Part shown: piece after piece, positions 25,849-39,836 of the stretch
Layout of the letters: every line of letters begins with the position of its first letter
How positions within the stretch are numbered: position 1 is the stretch's first letter
Assembly (NCBI GenBank): GCA_964304625.1
Contig: OZ199840.1
Coordinates: 8,129,744-8,193,743, forward strand
DNA: 64,000 bases
Source of the DNA: Kudoa neothunni
Lineage: Eukaryota; Animalia; Cnidaria
Direction of reading: 5' to 3'
The notes under the pieces: generated by a model
Database searches by the model: none
What the model was told of the DNA's origin: nothing
What the model saw: only the letters and a program-made list of their open reading frames with translations
Made by a program: the position numbers and the translations under genes

Positions 25849-28107
25849 TTATTTTTTTGTTAAGACCAAGAAACCGATAGCACATATCAACAGTGCAATT
25901 AAAACTCCACCAACTATCAATCTAAATTATCATTAGAACCGCATGACAGCTGAAAATATTACATAATCCTGGATCCGCCGACATTAGCGCTAAATAAAAA
26001 TTAAAAATCGATTAAATAATCAGAGAGATAACTATATTACCTATTTGATGTGCCTAAAAAGAATGAGAATAAATGATTGGTTAATATAGTTTACCTTGTT
26101 TAGCAGTTTCTGGTGATGTTGGATCATCATTGTCTCTGCTCGTTCCACTCCAAAGATTCACTACGATCGGCTCACTACTGTATCTTGCCTGTACTCTCAT
26201 CGAGCCTTGTTTGTAGGAAGCAGCATTATAGAAAGTTATTTCTTGGTTGCATTTTCCCTCCCATCTTGTTGTTTTATCAAATAATCCATAGGTGTATTTT
26301 ATCGCCCCATTTACTATTTCAGCAAAAGTAAAATCACATATTTGGTCTGGGTCCACTTCTGCCATAGTGGTTGTCACAATCAAATCGGTGTTATTCCATG
26401 TGTGGGTAACATTAATTTTTTGAAGCGTTTCAGCTTAATAAATGTTATTGAGGAATTCTACTGCACATTACTTGTTGATACTGCCACCACGTTTGTTTCA
26501 AGGTCACTAATGTATTTGCCAAATAAATATTTGAACTCGTATTTGGTATCGGGTAAAAGATTTTTAATAATAAGTGGTTGTCCACATAAACCTGAACAAT
26601 CAACAGATTCTTCGCATTCAGAAGGACTAAAAGATGTTGCACCCTCCATTTTTTGTTGAATTTTGCAGTATACACCATCAAATAGAGGTTCGTTTGGTGC
26701 TATAGTCATCCCTACATGTTCGTAGTATGTTTTTATCTCAGGTTTTTGTGTTATGTTGTAGTCAGCTTAATTTAATTTTAGATCAATTATTTTTTTAATT
26801 TTTACCTGTTTTAAAAAGTTTTTCTGCAATATAAGATGTAGTACTACTATCGGTTTGAGTATAAGTCACTTTTACAATGTATTTTGTGTTTGGTTCAAGC
26901 CCGTGAATCGTAGCATCAATGCAAGTTGTTGGACATACTGTTTTCAGATCTTCACTACACTTGATGTCAAGGTTTACCTTAGGGAATTCCTGCTTCCTTA
27001 ACTCAATTTTACAAGTTGCAGTAGTCATATCGGTATCTTTAAGAGCCGCAATAGAAAGAGTTGCATTAGTTTCTTTGGCAGTCACCGTAAGATTACTCTT
27101 TCCAACTATATGATATTTAAATAACAATTATTAAAGAAGGTAAATTACTCCTTAGAGTTTTCTCTGCTCCTACGTGATTTCTAGTTGATACTTTTACGTT
27201 AAAATCTTTTTCCGAATTCTCATCGAAGGAAATGACCATTTCTGCGTCAGTGCAGAGTTGATAACAATCGGGGGTGGTGCCCGAGACAGAACATTTTGAA
27301 ATATAATCATTTTCATTTTTTTTTTTAATTTCAAATTTACATATTTCATCTTTCATATCTTCATCAAAAATAATATCTATTTTTCCAGTTTCTTTTTTAA
27401 CGATGTGATAAGGAAGTTGTTCCAATGGACTGAAATCCATGTACTCGTTATTTTTTCTATTCACGTGTATTTTCGGTTGGTTGACTCCACAAGAGAGTTC
27501 GATTGAGTCGCCGGCTGAGTCGAAGAACCCAGTAAGGTGGTTTTCCTCGTTGCATTCGGTGTTGGGAGTAAGCGTGAACAGATCGAGGACTTTATCTCCA
27601 CTGGTTAATCTGCAAGTTTGAGGATAACTGCAGACATTTTTTGTTGTAAATTTAATAGCGGTCGCATTTACTGTAAAATGAGTTTCAGGAGTTTGGTCAG
27701 TAACTATAAGAACATCAGCCAAAATCTCAAAAAAAATAGTACTACGAATTATTTTAAGAGTCTCGGTTGCGTATTTCGATTTTATCTGTAGATAATAAGA
27801 AGGAAAAGCAGCTCCAGTAGAAATCGTGTATTTTCCCGCACAAGAAACGTCTTGAAGTGTTTCGTTTTCAGATTCACCTTTAACATAGTGGTAAAAAAAT
27901 TCATTTTTTTCCAGCAATTTAATATCGCATTTAGTTCCAGACACTCCCTCAAGTTGTAGATGGATTTTATCTTCTAAAGTGTTTTGATCTCGTTCAACGT
28001 AGTATTTATGTGAGTGAACTAAAAAAATCTAATACGAGAGACTCGGTGACCACCCGAATTATACCATTATAGCAGAGTGAAAAAATCAACAATGTAATGA
28101 CCAACAT
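25849..28107 (-). CDS. Novel type-I membrane protein 'B2' (copy of B1 with divergent module 3)
   Basis: Same exon structure as B1 with an intact frame. ORFs 27117-27944, 26795-27127, 26458-26709 and 26081-26383 overlap its module exons. Confidence 0.85.
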
Positions 28108-28790
28108 TTTTGGTTCTTAATTATAACGTCTTTATTATTTTTAATAAGAATTATACAAATGAATGTAACTTGAGCTGACAATAGAAACGAGAAAAATATA
28201 TTAAGGACGAATTCTGCGAGTGAATGACAGTTTAACAATAGAATTGAAAGTCAATAAGTAGTATTTACATCCGAAACTAAATTCTGGTGTCAGTTATTGA
28301 TAACTTCATAGGAAACAAACATGTTTAAGACAAAATTCTGAATTTAGAAGTAAAATACATTTTCTTACGGAGAATAATGACAGGACACTTCTATGTTAAC
28401 CAATTGGTAGACCAAATGGATATAATCAATAATTTTTAAAAAATTCACAAACAAGCATGTCACCTTAGATAAATTTATAGAATAAACGTTCACAAAAAAT
28501 GATTCAATGTACATCTATTTTTATAATTTTTCATTTCTATGTAGTTATTCCGATATTGTAATCAATACGATTTAATTTTATAAAAATATGTTTATCCAAC
28601 AATAAACAATAAATATCATAAAAATGTCGACCAATCTAATAACTAAATATGTTATTTTATTTAAATATAAAAATACACAAGAATTAATAAGAGAAATCAA
28701 TTTTAACTATAAAACTAAAAGCTTGTTCACTGTTTCATTAATAGCGAACAATAAGATATTCCAAAATTAATGCTGTTATAATAACTATTT

Positions 28791-30812
28791 TTAGGTTCTT
28801 GTGGTGGTAACAGTGGATTCAGTTGTTGGAGTTGTAACAGTTTCTGGGTCTGCAATAAAGAGTTCCAATTCAACTGGCTCTCCATCATATCTGCGCTTTA
28901 CAATCACTGTAGCCGATTTATATTCAGGAACATCGAAGAAAGTGATTCTTGAATTGCATGGCTCATTCCAACCGTTTGTTCGGTCGTGCACAGCAAGAAT
29001 CTTTGTTTCCTGCTCCTTAGTTTTTTCCACAAATGTAAAGTCACAAATTCCATCCGTTCTATCTCCCACCTTTACTGTTATTTCCAAATCATTTTCTGTC
29101 CATTTATATCCAAGTTCTACCTTTTTAAATAGAGACCCTAAAATTTATATTAATTTTTAAATTTACACCTCTATAGTACCTGTTCTAACATTTTTCGTGA
29201 GAGCTTCAGTTTCCGAGTAGAATCTCTGTGGAACTGCTTTAAAAGTGTATTCTGTATCCGGTTGCAGCTTAGTGACAGTAAATTCTGAAGTGCACAAGCC
29301 ATAGCAGTTGTAGGATTCTTCACACACCGATCGAACAAAATTAATTGTGCCTTTCAATGCTTGCATTATCATACACTCTGCTTTATAGTTTTCGTGATCT
29401 ATTTGTTGTGGAACTATCACAACATTTTGAGGGTATGTTGTAATGTCAGCGGTAACATCATCAATTTTAGCTATTTATTATTATTATTATTAATATTCAG
29501 AAAATAAATCCTTATACCAGTTTTAAAAATTTTATTTATCTGAATCGCATCAGCTTCACTACTCGAAGCTTTGTACTGTACATTAACCACATATTTGGTA
29601 TCGGCCTCAAGATGTAATAATTTTATATCATTTTCACACGAAGCAAAAACAGTATGCCCTTTTAATCCTACACGGTTTGAGTCCACTTTGACGTAGTTCT
29701 CTTGTACAAACATTTCCACCTTGCATTGGTCACTGCCTGCATGAAGCGCAGAGACTCCCAATGTAGCCCCATATGTAAGGATATCCTTTATTTGGAAATC
29801 TTTTTTATCAGCTAACGATATAAGTTAAAACATTATTAATGATAATTAAATACTTGACATCAACATTGATTCGGTTTCTACACCTCTAGCGGATATTTTG
29901 ACATGAAATTCTTTATTACTGCTTTTATTATAATCTGTTTCCATTGTAACATTTTGACATATTTGGTAACATTTAATACCATCACCGAGTCCGCATTTAG
30001 ATTCTAAAGTTCCATCTTTTTTAACAATTTCAAATTTGCAAATAGTGTCGGGAATAGGTTCTTCGAATATGATGTCTATTTTGTTATCAGCTGCATTAGC
30101 TGCGATTCTCACAGGATATCGTTTCAGTAGGTCTTTCTTATTACTTAGAAACATATTTTTATCAAAGAAAAGTTTTGGATTGTGTGGTCCACAGTAAAGT
30201 TCAAGGGGTTTATTGTAGATATTGTATAAACTTCTAAGCATGTATTCAGCACCACATTGAGGCTGTGAATCAAGGATGTAGCTCTGAACAGTAAACTGTC
30301 CAGATCTGATCTGACAAACGAAAGGAGATTCCTCGCACATGTGTTTGACGACGAATGCCACAGTTGATCCATCAAAGTGGTATGAGGAGAAGGGGACAGA
30401 TGAAGTAGCTAGAGAATAATATTAAATGAGAATGTAACTTTCGATAAATATACTGTGAACAACTTTGAGGTAGTCTGTTTTGGCTTTTGAGGCTATTTGA
30501 AGAAAATGATGAGGAGCGATGTGATCAGTATGAAAAGTGTATTCTCCGCTGCAAGGAACCTCACAAATGTTTCGACTACCACAGCTCACATCTCGATAAA
30601 AATAATAAGTATCGTCTTTGGTGAATAACTTGATGCGACAAAGATGAGTTGGGTTTCCTTCTAGGGTCAGATGAATGGCATTCTTATGCAGCTGATTATC
30701 TCTTACGATGTAATACCTATGAAGTTGAACTATGTACAGAATTATTTATCGACAGTTATTCAATTAGGTCACCTGTATAAAAAAGGGTAAAGCACAAAAA
30801 AGCGAATTTCAT
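28791..30812 (-). CDS. Novel secreted paralog 'A2' (copy of A1 with divergent module 3)
   Basis: Same exon structure as A1. ORFs 29846-30361, 29471-29761, 29163-29420 and 28791-29087. Confidence 0.82.
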
Positions 30813-33800
30813 AATTTTGTGCTATTGCCGATCGCAAATAATGAATTCAATACGTATTAACGAACTTTTATATTATTTAGATAAGTTAATTTAGTTATTT
30901 GAGTAGGAGTGGTTAGGATTAAATAAAGGTTCTAGAAATGTAAAACAATTTTTTTTTAATACACCAATGTTTCACATCTTAACTTATTGTAATATTAAAA
31001 TTACCATATGTTTTATTTTCGTAACTATAAATAATTAATTTATTGATAGATTTAAAAACTTAATATCCATCGCGAACTGAAATTATTTTAGGTAGTATCA
31101 TAAAGGTAAAAATAGAGATATTTCAATGAATTATATAAATGGAGAATTTGCACAAAGTTATTCACAATAATATAATACCATCCGAAGCGAGATCGTATAT
31201 TGTTTAGATTTACATTAATATAAACATAAATAACTGTCATTGGGGAACAAATTGAATGGTTTAAAACTTCCGATAACTCTCGTCATATACAAATATATAT
31301 TATCGGAGTTGGTTTTACAAAGAAAATAATTTAATACAAACTTGAATAATTAATTTGAATTCATGTATCATTTTAATATAATATCTCAACTAATTATATA
31401 CAGAATGGTGAAACTATTACTTTACTATGTTGATTAAGAAATTTGAATTATAAAATTACAAAATATTTCGTTACCTATTAGATCATTTATTTCATAAAAA
31501 TTAATAATTTTCCTTAGTGAATTCAATTATTATTAATATTTAAGGTTAAATACATTTATAAATTCTTCATGATACCGATGAAGTCATTACTTTCAATCTT
31601 TTTAAATTTAAAGCGTTGAAAATTATAAAACATTTGAACAAGTAAATTAAATACAAATTTTAAAAATAAATTTTTGAGTAAAACAATAATATACTCATCT
31701 CCAAATCCTCTGAAACCCGATCCAACCTATTAAAACGACCCCTCGTGTTAATTCAGATCTACCAGAACTTAAATATTCATATACTTTGTTACATGAAACA
31801 CATTTTAATCAGTTAAAACTATTATATTAGATGAATAAAATAAAATATAATTATTAATAAATTTTCCAGTAGGAATTGAATAATTTGAGCAACGTTCTTG
31901 TTGGCCACCGGAAAAGTTATCGACAAAAAATATTTTAATTATTTTATAAAAGTCAATATAAAAATTTTTCCTTATTATTCTGATACAAAATAAAAGGAAA
32001 GGTGCAAATTTTTTGTTTATTTGGTTTTCATTTCATAATTCAAAGGATGACCCAAAATTTCTTTTAGAAGTTTTTTAGTGATTTTTTCATAAAGAAAATT
32101 TTAATATTTCTACATGTGACTAATTTCTACGAGGTATCACTGAGACATTTTGAACGAGCAATAAAGATTAATTTTACGCTTTAAACCTTTTTCTTCAAAT
32201 TATGAGGAAAAACTAGCAGTCATTTAAGTGCAGATTTTATATATCTATCAATTAAATTTTTAAAGAAGAATGATCATATTTTAAACTTATTTTGTTTAGA
32301 TCTCTTGTAAAAAATACTCATCTCTAGTTATTCGCATTAATTTAAATTTAAAGTGATTTATAAATTGCTGAAAGACTATAATATCGACCTCAATTAGTTT
32401 GGTGTAGAAAACACCCAAGAAACTTTTGAGTGTTTCAAATAAATAATCTTATTATTAATTTATATTAAATATGTTATTAGTCATATAAAACAGGATGGAT
32501 AATTTATAAATATCTGTGTTACAGTTGACGAATTTTCCCTTATTTACTTAAGGTATCTTACCAAAATCTCGAAAAAACTAAAGTTACATTAGGAAATATT
32601 AGATTTGTATCCTAACAAAATCCTTCTTATACAAAACAACCATATTCTAAAATAATTTGTTGCATAACCAATAAAAATAAGTCAGTTATATTTATATTAA
32701 AAAAATAAAGAATGAATTAAAATAGGGAATCTTGCACATAGGTTTTCAAGGTCTCAAACACAATTCCTATAAAAATATTTCTTCCCAAAAAATTGTTGAA
32801 ATAAACATTATTTTATCGTCATTAAAACTATCTCGAAAAATGGACCAAAAATTATTTAAATTATTCAAAAATATAATCAGGAAAACCTGGATTAAGTTAT
32901 TTAATAATTCTCATGGTATACCCCCCAGATTAAATTCATATTACCCCTTTTATTTTTATTAAGGGTCGAGTTTTATTTATTTATTCAAAAATATTTTAAA
33001 TGTTCATTGCAAATTGATTTTTACACTTTTAAAAATCAGATTTCTTTGAATATAAGGCAGTATTTAAGAATGTTAGTGCACAATAAATGAGCTTACTCTC
33101 ATCTCATATTTACACCATTTATTGGCCAAATAAGTTATAGTTTATAAACAGTGTTAGAATTAACACTTCAATGTCAAATTCCAAATTTTTGGATAAATTC
33201 TTAGAACTTATTCTTCAAAACAACCACAGGATATTTCTTAACAAATTTTCACGAAAATAATGATACGTTCATTAAAGAGATGCTGAAAGCTTCTTTAGTT
33301 TAGAACCCGCTATCGCCAGCTTTTGGTGTATTATAACACCAATAGTAAACTAAAAACAACCTGTTATGATACTTATAGATCTTATCTTTATAGAAAGCCG
33401 AGTATAATGTAGTTCAAAAATAGTTATTCGTTATAAAATTAAAAATAAAATATATTCAGCTATCAAAGTAAAAATCAAGTTTGACTGTAGAGTTTCAGTA
33501 ATAATAAATAATAGATGCGAAATACGATTTTATTGTTCTATATAACTTTGAATGTCTGTTAAACAAAACTAGAGACTATTATCGAAAAATCGATCATTTA
33601 ATTCCATATTTGTATTTCATTATTTCAACATAACAAGCAAATACAGATCGCATTGTAATCATGCTTGTATTTTAGGATTATTTTTGTATTATCCTACTTG
33701 AAACGAGTGATTATCATGTTTTTAGAATTAGATTATTAAAAAAATCATTATTTTTACGATTCGAACGTGTAGATAAATTTTATTTATATTCTAAGAATAT

Positions 33801-34364
33801 AAATAACATGGTGTTGGATAACTATTGAGTTAGCAGAATTTTGGAACTTTTCCCGCACTATGGTCGATATCTATAGCATATGAACATTATTCTGATATAT
33901 CATGGAACATACTTAGTTAAATGAACCTAATCTTATTTTTGATACATTGTCATAATGAATAAGTTGGGATTAAACTAAGTACCTTATTGATAGAAAAGGA
34001 TTAAGAACGATTTTTTATTTGTCATTTATAGAAACAAATGGGCAAATAGAAACCGAGAAAAACATTTGTTTGGTTTTTGATTAAATAAGCTATCACATGG
34101 GCATAAATATTAATTCGTATAATAAGTAAAACAATAAGTATATAATATTTGTAGTGGTGAAGCCTTTCATTATTTTTTATATCATTTATAATAGCTGAAT
34201 ATGACATGGAAAAATTTTAACAAAGAAATGAAATTGTTTCTATAGCATACACATAGATATATTCCAATGGGGCTTAAATACACACCTTATTCGCAATTTT
34301 AACACATTAAATGCGCAGGCTTATGGAATATACGTTAATTACTGGTTGTTACGTTTCTTGTTGA

Positions 34365-36407
34365 ATGATCACTTCAAAATATTTGCGTATTGGAAGGATT
34401 TCCAAATTATTGTTGATAATGATTATGTGTGTGACGTTGGTGTTGTTGTTAACAATTGCATATGGAAAAGTGGCCTTACATTTGAATATCAATGAAAATG
34501 GTCTTTTTACCGGAGATTTACTTGATACTCCATTGTTAACTAAAATCTTGCACAATAATGCATCCTCATACACTCACCCAAGAAATTATTTCTTTGGAAA
34601 ATATTACACTATCAACTATTTTAAACGTCATTTCTATACCGAATTGCTTACTGGAGATCAACTCACTGTTACATCACAGCGAAATTATCCAGGGAAAAAT
34701 GGTAAGGCTGTGACCATTTCGCATGGTCCCGACAAGCCTAATGATCCATATTGGACCGAATTCCACAAATACGAATTTAACGTAATGGCCAGTGATAAAA
34801 TCCCTATCAATAGAGAAGTACCGAAAAAATTGATGCATAAGTATATTGCGATTGTTTTATTTGGTGGAGATAGTATTTGTTTGTTTAGATGTTATCAAAT
34901 GAAATATCCAACCAACCTTCCCAAAGCTTCTATTATTATTGTTTTTCATAATGAAGCCAATTCTACATTGTTCCGAACTATTCACACCGCTTACACAAGA
35001 TCTCCTTTATATTTGATTGAAGAAATAATTTTGGTTGATGATGCTAGTGATCTAGTGAAATATCGTAATTAATCTCTGTGATGGTGGTAGAAACTTGCAG
35101 TTGATGTCTTGTCTTTTAGCACACCTGGGCGAAAATCTCATGGAACACATAAAATTTTATCCTAGTGTGAAAGTTATTCGCCAACCGAAACGGGTCGGAC
35201 TTACCTACTCCAAAATTACTGGCTCCAAATACGCCAAAGGAGCTGTACTTGTGTTTCTAGATTCACATTGTGAATGTTATGATGGATGGTTGGAACCGTT
35301 GTTATATTCTATTCACCTCAACCCACACATCGCTGTCACACCTATCATTGATGTTATTCATTACAATGACTTTAGTATCAGCTCCAACATTATTGATTAC
35401 GCTAATGTTGGAGTGTTCAATTTTAAATTGGATTTCAACTGGAAAGGGGCCGATATGCCTCATAATATGATCCTTAAGTCACCAACTATGGCGGGCGGAC
35501 TTTTTGCTATTGATAGAGAATTCTTTTTCAAATCTGGTTCTTATGACGAGGGTATGGGATTCTGGGGTGGAGAAAACCTCGAAATGTCCTTCAGAGTATG
35601 ATCTACCTTGGTTGTATACCAGCATTAATCTCATGTGACTGTTGATATTTAGTTGTGGACGTGCGCTGAGGGTATCTACATTCATCATTGTTCGATTGTT
35701 GGTCATGTGTTTCGAGACAACTCACCACATTCACTACCCTCCAACTCGGTGCTTATAAACAAGATTCGTGTAGCTGAAGTTTGGCTTGACGAATTCAAAC
35801 CGGCCTTCTACAACCATTTTACTTCTGCGAAGAATCTCGACTACGGAGATATATCCTCAAGAATCGAATTACGCAAAAATCTCAATTGTAGATCCTTCCG
35901 TTGGTATCTCGACAACATTGCTACTATGGTCTCACTCCCTGACACACAACCCTACGCTACCGGCTCTTTGTCCATCCATTCTCAAAGAAATTTTTGTATG
36001 GACAGTTATGGAAAAGCGGGTCCTCTCAAAGTTGTTAAATGCCATCAACATGGAGGAAATCAGAATTTTATCTTTAACCACAAAAATGAAATTCGATCTG
36101 GTGATTTCTGCTTGGACACCATGGACCACAGCCTTAATGGTCAGGTTCATGTAGAAAAATGTCATGATAACAAGGGAAATCAACAATTTTTTTACAAAAA
36201 GGTTTTCTATTTGGATAGTTTTCTATTTTGTATTTCCCTCCATTGTAGGAATATCTCATATCTGTCAACGATAGTTTCAGTCGCTTATGTCTTCAGTTAG
36301 ATGATAATGGTTCTACTAGAAAATCTGTCAGACTAGCTCGCTGTAATGTCCATAACCCCAATCAAATTTGGGCTTTCTCAAATTATGGTGAGGATATACC
36401 CAAATAG
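34365..36407 (+). CDS. GALNT: Polypeptide N-acetylgalactosaminyltransferase (GT27, ricin-B lectin C-terminus)
   Basis: N-terminal TM segment, SIIIVFHNEA, EIILVDDAS, FLDSHCEC (DxH motif), PTMAGGLFAIDR, WGGENLEMSFR, VGHVFR and QxW/F ricin repeats. Four short introns. Stop at 36405-36407. Confidence 0.96.
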
Positions 36408-38521
36408 ATATTAGGAAGAATTATTTGTAAACTTTATAAAGTATTTATTATTTTTAAGCTAATTTACATTTTCTTCTCTTCACATATTTATTTTTAAATG
36501 TTTTTAATTCATTCAGCGCAGAGTTTAGGTATGGTATCAACCTGCGCAATTCATATATTGTCTGTTTTGGTACTAATGAGGTCTTTTATTACTTTAAATT
36601 TTGTGATATTATTTGAAAATTTTCAAATATAAGTGTTTTCATTTTTTATAGAAGTTAAATTTTAATTTAATAATTAATATTAGTAGTGGCGCTAATTTCT
36701 AACATTTATAAGTGAATATTTTTTTCCATTGTTTGAAAAATTTTTATTTAAATTCGGTTTAATAAGTTAATAATAATAATAATGGGAAAATCGAAAGGAA
36801 TTTTTCTCTTCAATTAAAATGTACAAGCCCAGTATTTCCCAGCTAAAATCCAATATGTGTGCAATAGCGAGTTTCTGCAGATCATCCACGTTGTACATAT
36901 TACAGCGAAGATGGAAAATTATACTTCTACGCAAGTCTTATGTATCATGAAAAAAATAAATTTGATCAAATGGATCTAAAAGCCAATTTTTTAAATCCTC
37001 TCATATTAACCTAAACTGGTTTTAAATTAAAAATTTAAATTAAAACTAAATTTAAATTATATTTTTTGAATATTGCACAGTTATGGTGGCAAATAAGAAA
37101 AATAAGTTTTGGATTAATGTCAATATAAAATATGTTTCAATCAAATGTTTGTTGAAAACACGGAGTCTGTTATCAATTTTTCGCTTTCCACAACCCATTG
37201 TGGCTTAACCTAAAAGTCGTCTGGCTTGACTATACGTAAACTTGATTTTATAGTTACTTATGTAATTATAATAAAAGACAAAATATTTTAAAATTCTTTT
37301 AACAAAAAAATGCAAAGATTTTATGGTGTATTATTCCATGGTTTTAGTACAGCTTATTAAATTAGATGATTTTTAGTGGCGCAATTTTGTTGCTTATTGC
37401 AGGGCTAACATGTTTTTATCGAGCTTCGCTCCAAAAATATAAATATAAGTCACTAATTACCATAATTTTGATCTTATAATTTAATTGTTGTGTTAGAAAA
37501 GTGCATATTACATTAAATTCAGATTGTGGCCAAGATGGTTATTATGTATTTTTCAGGAATTCGCCAAAAAGTGCGCAACATAAATTGTGTGCACCTTAAC
37601 TATGTAATTGCGCATGCATGGAAATAATATTGAAGTATTATCCTTAGAATAAGTTAATTAAAAGTTATTTTTTGAAATAACTTGCTAAAAATTTTCATTT
37701 TGTAATTTTACATATTAGTGCATCATTGGGCAGAAATTTTACAATCCATCGGTATCTTGAAATAAAACACCCAGTGTAATTTTGAGAGAGCATTTGTTAG
37801 TTTCTACGCATTTACAAAGTATTCGATATGGTCATTTTTACTTAAAATTGATTTCAAACATTTTTTCTATTGTTAATATTTATCATTGGTATTTATGGAT
37901 GTGTCTTTATATTCTGAACAATGTACAATATACCACTAAATTAATAATATTTTTAAATTAAATAGTATTTTCAAAAATTAAAAATTATTTGTTAATTTAT
38001 AAATTTTTCCCAAATTTGTTTCTTTCCAAATGCGAACGATATGTAAATATTAATGTAAGATATTTACCAACAATATTTTTAAATTGTTATTTCTTGTATT
38101 CTTATGATATAGATTTATACATCATTTGTGTTAAAAATATAATGTCTATTATAGAGTTATTTTATAAACAGATAATTATATTAATTTAACTTGTAACAAA
38201 AAATACAATTAGTTTGTTATATATTTTTAATTTATTTTTATAATCCGTTGTTTTAAGATTAATTTGTTATCGATTAACTTATTTCCCTGAATCATAAATA
38301 ATTTATAAAAGAAATTCACTATTATGGATTTTAATCGATACAGAAAAAGGTTCCTATTTGCAGAAGCACAAAATTGCACAACCTTATGCGATTATAACTA
38401 AAATTTCTTTAGTTTCCTATAAGAATTGTTCAAATTTAAATTATTCAAAAAATTTCAAATCCTTCATATATCACTATCGTGCACTGATTGGAGTATTTAG
38501 AAGGGATAAAAATATTCCGCT

Positions 38522-39786
38522 CTATGTAGCCGTTAGATTGTGTGCGCACAAAAATTGATAAACATTTCGATATTAATGTGTTGTATGAATATTATCAAAC
38601 AACATGTTATAAATGTTATTTTTTGTCAATTCATTCATTTTAATACTTCATGTGAAGTTTAATGGCATTAATTTTATCCAACTGCATCAATCTATTTTTA
38701 TCTGGCAAATTGTAGATAAAGACTTACAAATATTACTATTCAAAAAATCTTGATTTTATTTAATTTAATAAACAGATAACAAGAAAATTTAATTAAAGTT
38801 GAACCAAGTTCATTCGATTTTAGTTTATTCGAACGATTTTTAAAAATTTAGTCGAATCTGATGTATATTCTAAATATGGATTTAGGACTAACCGAAACCT
38901 CAATAACAGCAATCCGAAACAACTTTTCGCTCGAATTTTCCGATGGAAGTACACTGAAATCTGAACTATCGCCAAATTAATATGTCGCGTGTATTTATTT
39001 TTATGATGCGTTTTATCGTTATCTGTTCAATTTAAATGTATATTTTATTAATAGAAACAAAATAACATAAATAATAAGATATTTTAAGTTTAAAATGCAA
39101 TCATATTGATTGTAAACAAATAAATGCTGCGGAAGGACAAATTATCTTTCAAATTTTCGTGATTAATTTTATATAATAAATAATGGAATTTATAACACTC
39201 TTTAGTCCAAAACTATTAGTCAATTCATAAGACCAATTTATCTTTGAAACTGGCTTAACTGAACAATCATCACATTTTTGTTTTTTCCGATAATGTCCCC
39301 ACTTTTAAAGTCTTACCGAGTCGTAATTTTCACCGATTACTAGCAGACACAAACAATAAGATCTATTTTAAATAAAGAGGAAACATTGAAGATCATTATG
39401 GACAAATCGGAGAGAACACTTTAGATTGATCCTTAAATTACTCTGCCACTCTTATACGTGCAACTGAAAATATCAAGATACATAAGATATTGTTAATTTA
39501 GCGATAATAACTCATTTAATATATTTTAGAAAGTTTAATTCTAATGTAACACAGCAGCATTTTGAACTCACGTATTAATGTTATGCACACACCGACTACA
39601 TTGGATCTAGAAATACAGTATTTTAAAGTAATATTATCACTTTTTATTCGCCATTTTAACTTATGTATTTTAGAATTGTTTGTTAAAAATATAAAACAAA
39701 CATAGAATAATGACAAATAAAATATGCAAAAAACTTTAATTTTCTACTTTGCACATGTGCAACCACACAACCTAACAGGCACGTGG
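38522..39786 (+). mobile_element. Possible highly decayed hAT-like element
   Basis: Imperfect inverted repeats (tgtagccgttagattgtgtg / cacacaacctaacaggcacg). Weak dimerisation-domain-like relic near 39285-39430. Confidence 0.3.
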
Positions 39787-39836
39787 CGCCAGAGTATGCA
39801 GTGTATACCCTGGTGGATACAAAATGAAAAAAAAGA

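Larger units (their letters stand above)
25754..31444. repeat. Segmental duplication copy 2 (two-gene cassette)
   Basis: Direct repeat of 10152-15843. Confidence 0.97.

Noticed and set aside
10152-31444. Duplication as a pure assembly artefact (two haplotypes placed in tandem)
   Set aside because: Not favoured, because the flanks are different and only anciently related and a unique 10-kb spacer separates the copies. It cannot be excluded without read depth or long reads.
31450-34300. Short AT-rich ORFs (e.g. 32732, 34022, also 37989, 39516, 47879, 48151, 57026)
   Set aside because: Low-complexity I/K/N/F/L composition typical of non-coding AT-rich DNA, with no motifs.
34841-34889. Apparent insertions in proteins (GALNT YIAIVLFGGDSICLFR, SNRPA1 WVLFMDLRRILLSVRVF, gene B TIFFEILAYFII)
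   Set aside because: These are stop-free GT-AG introns with lengths divisible by three, read through by the ORF caller.
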